Part shown: piece by piece, positions 10,628 to 19,031 of the stretch | Layout of the letters: each line of letters opens with the position of its first letter | Numbering within the stretch: position 1 is the first letter of the stretch | Made by a program: the position numbers and the translations under genes | Source of the DNA: Savitreella phatthalungensis | Lineage: Eukaryota | Assembly: GCA_051599415.1 (NCBI GenBank) | Contig: AP039695.1 | Coordinates: 124,001 to 188,000, forward strand | Reading direction: 5' to 3' | Length of the DNA stretch: 64,000 nt | The notes under the pieces: generated by a model | What the model was told of the DNA's origin: nothing | Database searches by the model: none | What the model saw: only the letters and a program-made list of their open reading frames with translations

Positions 10628-13600
10628 ATGGAGACATCCACTTCGTCTTCAGCAGCCGATGCATCTGCCGCAGCAGCCTCACACAAGCTACAATTCGACC
10701 ACGATGCCACACCTGAGGAGAAAATGCGTCAAGCGATGAAGGACGTACCAGCTGGCCACAAAACCGAAAGGCGAAACAAAGGTACAGAACTCGTCACAGA
10801 GGCAGCTGCTGCCGCTGCACCAAAAGTCGAAGACCTTCCCCCACCAACGACTCAAGCCACCAAGACAGGCACTAGCTCGGCACAAGCGCTTGCTCTCCAG
10901 AAGGGCAATAAATCTGTCGTCGGCTGGCAGCAGGCAGGCGGTGCCACATCATCAGACTTCTGGAATGTCGATCGAGCAGATATAGATGGCAAGGTTGACC
11001 CAGACAATGTCAATGGCAGAGACCTCCGCACCCTGCTAGAAGACTATCTTCCACCCGGCACTTACGGAGACTGGTTCCATAATGCAGGCGTAATCGGTGC
11101 CACCGCGCTGTCGTGTTGGGTCGTAGGACGATTAGGAGGTGGTCTCGCCTGGATCGTCGTCATCGGCGCAATCCTTGGCACCTACTACCGCACCTCGATC
11201 AGAAGGACGCGCCGCAATGCACGAGACGACCTCACTCGTCTTCTCGCAAAACGTAAGCTTGAGCATGATTACGAGAGCGCAGAATGGATGAACAGCTTCC
11301 TCACCAAATTCTGGGTCATCTTCGAGCCTGAGCTTTCTGCTATGATTGTTGGCACGGTCGACCAGGTGCTTGCAACTTCAACGCCGGCATTCCTCGAGTC
11401 ACTCCGCCTGGATGAATTCACCCTCGGCACACAACCACCTCGCATCGAGCATGTCAAAACCTACCCAAAGTCAGAAGACGATGTCGTCATCATGGACTGG
11501 AAATTCGCCTTCACCCCAAATGATGTGCAAGATCTGACGATGCGACAGGTCAAGAACAAGGTCAACCCGCGTATCGTCCTCGGCATCCGTGTAGGGAAAT
11601 CCGTTGCTACGGCCAACATTCCGATTGTGGTTGAAGATATCGCTTGCGCAGGTCTCATGCAGGTCCGCATCAAGCTAATGTCGGAATTTCCCAATATCAA
11701 GATTGTCGATCTCTCTTTCCTCGAAAAGCCAGTGATTGACTACGTCCTCAAGCCTATTGGAGGCAAGACTCTGGGATTCGATGTTGGCTTCATCCCGGGA
11801 CTATCAGGCGCCATCCTCTCCATCATTCACGGGACGCTTGGGCCTATGATGTATGCACCCAACGTCTTTTCACTCAACGTTCAACAGATGCTCAGTGGCG
11901 CCCCGATCGATTCTGCAATTGGTGTCGCGGTAGTCACGATTCACTCTGCCGCTGGAGTCAAGAACCCAGATACACTCGGAGGCAAACCAGATCCTTATGT
12001 GAAGTTGTCGCTCGCCGGTCATGAAGTCGCCCGTACAACCACCATCAAGAGCACAAATGAGCCACAGTTCAACGAGGTCAAGACTGTCCTGATCACCACA
12101 CTCACAGACCCCCTCATCCTCGAAGTCCTTGACTTCAACGAGATTCGTGCCGATCGAGTCATGGGAGCTGTCTCATTCGACCTGCACGAGCTAGAAAATG
12201 ATCCGGAAGTCGATCACGTCAGCATGGATGTCATGAACAATGCAAAGCCTCGTGGTAACCTGAACTTCAGTATCTCCTGGTATCCAGTGTTGCAAGCGCC
12301 AAAGAATCCAGATGGCACGCCTGGACCCACGCCAGAATCCAGCAGTGGTATTGTGCGATTCACCGTGCACCAGGCGAAGAACATTGCCGGTGGCAAGAAT
12401 ATCTCAGCCTTCGCATCTCTTCTGCTCAATGCAAAAGAAGTCGCCAAGACTCCGAAGATGAAGAATACGCATAATCCGGTCTGGGACTTCTCAAAGGAAA
12501 TGCTTGTGACGGACAAAGACAAGTGTGTGCTCGGAGTCCAGCTGCGACATGACGATGACCGGCTCGGTTCGATGCAGATCAAATTGCTCGACCTACTCAA
12601 AAACACCGAGGACGAAGTGGACGAATACGCGTTACAAAATACACGTGAAGTCAATGGAAAGATCAAGCTTTCGGCTACATGGAAGCCTGTCGCTCTGGGC
12701 TCGCTCGGCTCTTCTGCGGCGTACGAGACCCCAATTGGCGCATTGCGCATTCACCTGCACGCAGCCAACGACCTCAAGGATCTTGATGTGGTCGGCAAGC
12801 CTGATCCGTACGTCTCCGTACTAGTCAACGGGAAGCGTAGCGGACGCACTGTCACCGTCAAGAACGAGTTCAATCCAGTCTGGAACGAGATCGTCTATGT
12901 CGCGGTGCGCAATCCGCGTGAGCGCATCAAGCTCGAGTGCATGGACTACCAGCAGCGTACTAAAGACAGATCGCTCGGCACGATTGATGTAGATCTGTCT
13001 CAGCTCGTCCGGCAGAATCCAGCTGGCTATTACGAAGAGTGCGATGATCGTACACCGCGAACGGCCATGTTCAAGCTCGGAAACGGCCAATCAAAGGGCA
13101 CCCTGAAGTATAGCATCAGCTTTCATCCAGCACTCAGTGTCTACACAACCGAGGAAGAGGAGAAGCTCGACAAGGAAGCAGCAGAACGCACTACCAATCC
13201 GGTTCTAGCGTCCCCAGTCTCAGCCGCACGGACATCATTCGATAATAAAGCTGCTGCTAATCCTGCAGTTGACCAACTCATCCAACAGGCTGCTCCTCGC
13301 CACAAGCGCAGCGAGTCAGTGCTCACGACGAGCACGACTTCTCGTGCACGAGCACTGGCTCCACCAAAGATGCGCCTTGCAGCTGCTGATCTCGGCAAGT
13401 ATCAATCCGGATTCCTGGTCGTCGACCTGCTCGAAGGAGACTTCGCTCACTCGGGTGCATACCTCCAGGTCTTCCTCGACGACTATCTCTACAGTAGCTA
13501 CAGCTCTGCAAAAGTGCGATCGAGGCATGTTCAGTGGAACAACGAGACCATGGATGTCTTTGTCCGCGAACTAGATCTTTCACAGATCCAGCTGCGCGTC

Positions 13601-15019
13601 AACGAATCGCACGAAAATACAAGCGACGCCGAGACGCTTGGAGAAGCAGCAGACTCCACCTTGAGTATCCTCAAGCGCTCATTTAACACTCCTATTACGA
13701 TAGCTCTACCAGGCAAGCACGGCGCATCTAAGCTCACCTTCAAGTCTCGCTGGATTCCTGTACCATTGCAACTGGACGCACGAGAGTCCGTCAATAACAT
13801 GGGCTCACTTCGTTTTGATCTTGTCAAGGCGACAGACTTGATCGGCATGGATCGCGGAGGCAAGTCATCGGACCCATACGCCAAATTTGTCCTCAATGGA
13901 GAGACTGTCTTCACCTCGCAAACCATCAAGAAGACGCTGAATCCACAGTGGAATGAGTCATTCGAGGTGGCCGTTCCGTCTCGCGTTGACGCTGATTTCG
14001 TCATCAATGTGTTCGACTGGGATCTAGGAGGTGGAGACGATCCCCTTGGCAGCGCTCGAATCCCGCTCGAGGCACTCGAGCCACTGACGTCAATGCCGAT
14101 CGAGCTCAAGCTGGAGGGTGTCAAGTCTGGTGTTGTGCACGGAAGAATGCTATTCCGGCCTGCATTTGTAACTCGTGCACGTCGAGGCACAACATCTCGA
14201 ACGATGACTTTGGCCACTGGCGTCGCAGGCGCTCCGATCAAGGCTGGTACTAAGGTTGTCGGTGGGGCACTCCACGGAGCCAAGCGCACTGGCAGCCTCG
14301 TCGGCCGCGGTCTCTTCGGCAGATCGAGCCACAAAGCTGCGCACGAAGACGCTCTGGCAGAAGACCAGCCACAGATCGCTGTCGGTCCAGACGGCACCAC
14401 CTACACGCATGATCCTGCGATCAACCTCGCAGGTATCGAGGGCACAGCTAGCACCAGTACACCGATCTCCTCCAGAGTCGCTGCTGCCATCGATTCTCCC
14501 GCAAACCAATCCTCCTCCTTCCTCGACACCGACCCGAACTCGTCCGTTGGCGGCGGGACCGGTGAGCTCGGTACGCTTTCGATCACATTCGGTTCTCCCG
14601 TTGGATTCCCCGACCTGTCGCACAAGGTCTCGATCAAGGTGAAGGGCACAAAGTTCAGCGACAAGACAGACGCGCACAAGCACATGTCCTCCTTTACCAA
14701 CACCACCCTTCGCGGCATTGCCGAGCTAGGAGAAACCCTCCAGATCACGCTCCGTGAATCCTCACTCCTAGGTTCAGACAAAACCCTCGGCAGAGCAACC
14801 CTCCAAATCCCATACACCCAATCCGCTCTCTCATCTGATAATCACACCATCTCCTTCGACGGCACCTTCAGTGGCAGCTCACTTCCTGTAACGCTGGGTT
14901 TCAAACCACTTGATGCAGCATCGACACGCACTGCCACTCGAAGATCACTTTTCGGCAGTGGCAGCGGTAGCGGTGGTGGCAGTGCTTCAGTCACACCTTC
15001 AAGGAAATCACTCGGTTAG
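10628..15019 (+). CDS. tcb: Tricalbin (extended synaptotagmin; ER-plasma membrane tether)
   Basis: N-terminal TM hairpin, SMP domain (ESAEWMNSFLTKFW, LDEFTLGTQPPRI) and multiple C2 domains (KPDPYV, SSDPYAKF, TIKKTLNPQWNESF). Confidence 0.93.
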   Translation: METSTSSSAADASAAAASHKLQFDHDATPEEKMRQAMKDVPAGHKTERRNKGTELVTEAAAAAAPKVEDLPPPTTQATKTGTSSAQALALQKGNKSVVGWQQAGGATSSDFWNVDRADIDGKVDPDNVNGRDLRTLLEDYLPPGTYGDWFHNAGVIGATALSCWVVGRLGGGLAWIVVIGAILGTYYRTSIRRTRRNARDDLTRLLAKRKLEHDYESAEWMNSFLTKFWVIFEPELSAMIVGTVDQVLATSTPAFLESLRLDEFTLGTQPPRIEHVKTYPKSEDDVVIMDWKFAFTPNDVQDLTMRQVKNKVNPRIVLGIRVGKSVATANIPIVVEDIACAGLMQVRIKLMSEFPNIKIVDLSFLEKPVIDYVLKPIGGKTLGFDVGFIPGLSGAILSIIHGTLGPMMYAPNVFSLNVQQMLSGAPIDSAIGVAVVTIHSAAGVKNPDTLGGKPDPYVKLSLAGHEVARTTTIKSTNEPQFNEVKTVLITTLTDPLILEVLDFNEIRADRVMGAVSFDLHELENDPEVDHVSMDVMNNAKPRGNLNFSISWYPVLQAPKNPDGTPGPTPESSSGIVRFTVHQAKNIAGGKNISAFASLLLNAKEVAKTPKMKNTHNPVWDFSKEMLVTDKDKCVLGVQLRHDDDRLGSMQIKLLDLLKNTEDEVDEYALQNTREVNGKIKLSATWKPVALGSLGSSAAYETPIGALRIHLHAANDLKDLDVVGKPDPYVSVLVNGKRSGRTVTVKNEFNPVWNEIVYVAVRNPRERIKLECMDYQQRTKDRSLGTIDVDLSQLVRQNPAGYYEECDDRTPRTAMFKLGNGQSKGTLKYSISFHPALSVYTTEEEEKLDKEAAERTTNPVLASPVSAARTSFDNKAAANPAVDQLIQQAAPRHKRSESVLTTSTTSRARALAPPKMRLAAADLGKYQSGFLVVDLLEGDFAHSGAYLQVFLDDYLYSSYSSAKVRSRHVQWNNETMDVFVRELDLSQIQLRVNESHENTSDAETLGEAADSTLSILKRSFNTPITIALPGKHGASKLTFKSRWIPVPLQLDARESVNNMGSLRFDLVKATDLIGMDRGGKSSDPYAKFVLNGETVFTSQTIKKTLNPQWNESFEVAVPSRVDADFVINVFDWDLGGGDDPLGSARIPLEALEPLTSMPIELKLEGVKSGVVHGRMLFRPAFVTRARRGTTSRTMTLATGVAGAPIKAGTKVVGGALHGAKRTGSLVGRGLFGRSSHKAAHEDALAEDQPQIAVGPDGTTYTHDPAINLAGIEGTASTSTPISSRVAAAIDSPANQSSSFLDTDPNSSVGGGTGELGTLSITFGSPVGFPDLSHKVSIKVKGTKFSDKTDAHKHMSSFTNTTLRGIAELGETLQITLRESSLLGSDKTLGRATLQIPYTQSALSSDNHTISFDGTFSGSSLPVTLGFKPLDAASTRTATRRSLFGSGSGSGGGSASVTPSRKSLG

Positions 15020-15178
15020 CTGACTCAGGTCGTCTCATGCATCGCATCCTTATACGTCTAATGAATAATCTCTATCCCCCTCAAAAGCCAAGTTTAAAAA
15101 AGAAGAGAAGTTTGATTATAAGCTATGTCGTGATTCGTATCGGGGTAATGCTAAATGCTATGTAGTTGTTGCGTGATA

Positions 15179-16245
15179 GTCGTTCGTGAGGTTTGGGTCG
15201 AAGAGGAAGAGAGTGATTTTGAAGAGATCAAGGAAAGAGAGAGAGAGAGAGAGAGATCGGATTCGGTTTCTTTGGTAATCAACTGCACTGTCCAGGACCC
15301 ACTGGATGACAGAGCTCCTTTATCCGGTGGACGATCCCTCAAGTCACTTTAAGGATGGGGAAAGTCCAAACCGCCTAGGCGCTGTACCGAAAGGAAACCT
15401 TTCGTCACGCTCTCTCTCTCCATCCCTCGCACTCCCCGTCGCTCTTCCTGTCTTCAAAGTACCGTCCTGCTAGCTGTTAGTACTCGGAGTTCGGTTTCTT
15501 GGGTGTCGAAGCGATTGGTGGTTGCCCGTGGTCGGACCTCTATAAGAAGACACACGATGCGGTGGCTTAGAGCGATGACGATCTAGCAGGTCAGTAGGAT
15601 GGTTGGACGCGGAGTATGGAAGTCCGCCTTCGGTAGACGAGGAGGAGGACGAGCTGAAGGAGTTAGTGTGAGGGAGGATTCAAGAGCAGTAAGAAGGAAA
15701 AGGTGGCGACCGATCGACGAAGGTGGTTAGAGGCATGGGAAGAGGTTGGGAGAGGAGAGAAGAGAAAAAACCTTCGGGCATGGCAGATATCCAGGACCTC
15801 TGGACCGCCAGGACTCCTGCAGACAAACTCACCCTCAAGTCCCGACAGGTATGGGGTGGCTCGTCCGAGCAGGCGCCGATCTCCCCTGTGAATTCTCTCT
15901 TTCTCTCGCTCTCTTTCTCTCTTCTTCCGCCTCGCCAACCCATCGAAAAGCTCGCGTTCCTCTGGCCCCCTAGCGTCTCGTCTCCCCCACAGTTCACACC
16001 CCAGTCAAGCCTCCACTCTCCACCGATCAGAAGCTCATCCAGTACTCTCGCGCCACTACCAATTCCACTGATGCCAATAAACGCCTCACTTGGTGTTTGG
16101 CAGCCGTGTTTCGCGCATCGTGTGCTCTGCTAGAGGTCAGTAGGATTGATCGGGATTCCGCCAGTAGTGTCGCTGCGGTCGAAGCGTCGATGTGTTGTTG
16201 TATTTTGTTGGCACTCTTTCCCTTCCACCCTCTCTCACGAACAGA
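15179..16245 (-). other. Highly structured RNA domain 3' of the orphan ORF (putative 3' UTR or embedded ncRNA)
   Basis: Nested inverted repeats: 15182-15190/16234-16242, 15205-15215/16212-16221, 15218-15225/15451-15458, 15466-15473/15583-15590 and ~15592-15620/~16038-16070. Contains two homologous internal modules. Confidence 0.6.
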
Positions 16246-16256
16246 CAGGAGGCCAA

Positions 16257-17573
16257 TTAGGCCTTGTGGACGATCTGGTTCTCTGCAGAGGCAGATCCCC
16301 AGTCGAAGACGACGTCGGTCATCTTGCCATTGAACGAGTCGTAAGAGAAGACCTGGTACTTGGGCTTAGGCTGTCCGCCGAGGGTGAGGAGGTTGGTGCG
16401 TGCAGCTGCGTCGATCATGTCTGTGCGACGGCCCTTGTTGCGGATGAAGTCCGAGATCGGGCGGCGGCTGTTGCGAGAGGGCGTGCAGCAGTAGCCGAAA
16501 AGGGGCTCACGGAACTCGTTGTCCTCGTCGTCAGCGTCAACGAAGGAGTCGCTGCCAGCCTCGCGAAGGTGCAGACGGAGCTTGGCGATCTCAGAGCCAG
16601 CGGCGGCCTTGTGCTGGAGACGCTGAAGGGCAAGGTCACGGTTCAGAGGACCGTTAGCGGCAGTGTAGAGCTCGAACTGCTCATCGTTGGCGTAGACAAT
16701 GGGGTCGATGACCTCCTGAGTCGCCTCGTCAGCGACCTCAGGGATATCGCCGTAGACAGATGCATCGTCGTCGACAATCTCCTCCTCTTGTGCCTCCTCA
16801 GCGATAGAGAGGACAGACAGGGACTGCTCGAGCAGCTTCGAGTTGAGCTCTGCGGCAAAGGAGGTCTCTGCCTTCAGAGACTCTTCGTCCTGCTCCTGAA
16901 GAGGCTCCTCGATAGGTGTGGTGGCGGCAGTCTCGAAGAGAGGCGAAGGCTGACCGGCAGTGGTAGGCGAAGCAGTACCGACATTGTCAGTACCGAGCTC
17001 GACCTCGAGGTCGTCGAGGATGTTGGAGCGCGATGCACCCCACTCGGACTCTTCGCGTAGTGAGAAGAGCGAACCGTTGTAGGCAACGGTGAGCTCGGAA
17101 AGGGGAAGGACGTCGGCGACGCGGATCCTCTTGACAGGCGAGGCAATGGTGTTGTTGAAGGCAGAGGTGTTGAAGAAAGAGCTCGCAGCGGTGACGTTGG
17201 CCTCCTCTTCAACCGGAGTCTGCTCGGAGTTGCAGAGCTGGACGTTCTTGAGTCCTGCGTAGTGCTCCGGAGCGCCCAGAGACTTTGCGGTTCCGGGAAT
17301 CATGTACATGTTGCGGGCCTTGAGATCCTTGTGGAGCTTCTTGTCAGCCTTCTTTAGGGCCTTTGCCTCCTTCTTGGCCTTCTTCTCAGCGCAGGTGGCA
17401 AAGCGAATGGCTCCGCAGGAGGCGTTGGAGATGGTCTGCTTAACCTCAGCGACAGCAAACTCACGAGCAAGCTCGCGCTCCCAGCTGCGCTTGCTGAAGA
17501 GAGAGAAGGGCTTGGGGGCCGGGGCCGAGGCCGAGGCAGAGAAAGTGGTGGTGTTCTTGTTGAAGAAAGACAT
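16257..17573 (-). CDS. Orphan protein, 438 aa (Lys-rich N-terminal helix, acidic centre, basic C-terminus)
   Basis: Long ORF with strong codon bias (AAG/GAG/AAC/TTC/GCC) and an A/C-rich leader ending ...cttacaaccATG. No family recognised. Confidence 0.75.
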   Translation of the reverse strand: MSFFNKNTTTFSASASAPAPKPFSLFSKRSWERELAREFAVAEVKQTISNASCGAIRFATCAEKKAKKEAKALKKADKKLHKDLKARNMYMIPGTAKSLGAPEHYAGLKNVQLCNSEQTPVEEEANVTAASSFFNTSAFNNTIASPVKRIRVADVLPLSELTVAYNGSLFSLREESEWGASRSNILDDLEVELGTDNVGTASPTTAGQPSPLFETAATTPIEEPLQEQDEESLKAETSFAAELNSKLLEQSLSVLSIAEEAQEEEIVDDDASVYGDIPEVADEATQEVIDPIVYANDEQFELYTAANGPLNRDLALQRLQHKAAAGSEIAKLRLHLREAGSDSFVDADDEDNEFREPLFGYCCTPSRNSRRPISDFIRNKGRRTDMIDAAARTNLLTLGGQPKPKYQVFSYDSFNGKMTDVVFDWGSASAENQIVHKA

Positions 17574-17654
17574 GGTTGTAAGAGTAGTTGAAGAGACTTA
17601 AAAAGTGTTGTAAAAGAGCTGAAGCTAGACGAGACTGCTTGAGTGTGTACTTGC

Positions 17655-18996
17655 CTGTTGGGATGTTAGTTGCCTGACTCGAAAGGGAAACAACACCCGT
17701 CCGCATCGCAATGGCCTCGCCGACGACGCTAGGGCCCTCGTCCTCGCTCATGACAGGAGCAGCATACGCTACTCCCGCCAGAGCGAGGACGGAGGACCAC
17801 CAGCATCGAGGGCTTGACTCGGTCAACGAGCTCATCCCCCTGATCTCTGCCACAAGGACAGAGGGGAGGACAAGCTCGCGGCCTTGACGGACGACGCCTG
17901 CGCGCGCCTCCACAAGGGTCAGAGGGAGCAGAGAAAGCGAAGAATTCGAGCATTTGCTCTATTCCCCGACATTTCCACTCCCTCCTCGTCTTGAGGAGGG
18001 TTGCTCAGACGCCGCCGGCAAGGCCAAGTCGAGCTCGAAATTTTGGCATGCCCTGCCGTCGCCGAGGCTCACGCTACGTCTCTCCCCCACGAATGTGGGA
18101 AAGAGATCGCAGCGCTCGCCTCGGCAACGTCAGGCACTGCCGTGCGGATTGTCTCGGGTCCGACCTTTACCATAGACAGACGTGCATGAAGGGTTTTTCA
18201 CCGAGGGGCAAGTCTCGGCCCGAGTACGAGGGAGGAAAAATGACCACGTCTGGGACGCCCGTTAAGGACAGTATCCCAGACAACTAGTTACTCTCTCCGT
18301 TGAAGGAGAGAGTCTAGGGATCATAGTTCCTTTCGACTCGGGGCTCTGACGAGCCCCTCGAAACCCTCAGCACGCCCGTCAGGCAAAGGTCGGTCGAGAC
18401 CCGCACGGCAACTCGAAGCGCGACGACGCAAGAAGAGACGGTTGGGGCGAATCCGCGGGCAGACCACGACTCGTCCCATCGACCTTCCCCTATGAAGGGA
18501 GAAGGGACGGAACGAACGCGGTCTGCCCTCCCACCTGACTACCCGACCCTCGTGAAGAAGGTAGGTAATCAGACGGTGTGGACTCCCCTCCCGCTGCAGG
18601 TCCGTCCCTTCAGGACTCCAGTCGCCCTCCTACCCGAGTACCTGACCACGTCGCCCTCATACAGAGAGGCAGACGTGAGATAGGCAACTTCTCGGGTCGA
18701 AAGAGACGAACAGGAGTCGCGTGAAGGGGAGAGGACCCACATTGGGAGGGACCGACTCATGCGTCGCCGGCAACGAGGCCGACGAGCCCGACTCGACCGA
18801 TCTCGCACGACGACAACTGGTACCACAAACACCCCTTTACACATTTGACGGCTAGGACTCTCGTTATGAGAATGCCCTAGACAACCAAGAGACAATCCGT
18901 TGAGGAAAGCTCTGGCGTCAAGTGTGTAGAGTGTTTGAGGACCAGCGCCGTCGGCGAGGCCGACGAGCGGTGAGTGTTGTCGAGAGGGATCCTTAC
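17655..18996 (-). other. Putative 1342-nt highly structured 5'-UTR spliceosomal intron (or structured leader)
   Basis: Minus strand: GTAAGG at 18996, ACTAAC branch at 17670-17665, CAG ending 17655. A long-range stem 17713-17730/18944-18961 plus 17690-17696/18974-18980 joins the ends, and the interior is filled with hairpins. Confidence 0.55.
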
Positions 18997-19031
18997 AAAG
19001 AAGGTGAGGATCGAGTATGGGCTGAAGGTTG

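Noticed and set aside
15150..16238. 3'-UTR intron starting at minus-strand GTGAGA (16238)
   Set aside because: No convincing CTRAC branch point near candidate acceptors at ~15150-15165, and the donor is buried in the terminal stem.
16146..17060. 304-aa antisense ORF (ambisense/ambivirus-like arrangement)
   Set aside because: Non-ATG start and almost entirely nested opposite the 438-aa ORF; explained by its codon bias. No RdRp motifs.
18346..18364. CTGACGA-G-CCCCT-C-GAAAC resembling a hammerhead ribozyme core
   Set aside because: Stem II would be 1 bp and no stem I/III partners fit. The sequence is better explained as hairpin GGGGCTC/GAGCCCC, and it is on the strand opposite the favoured fold.
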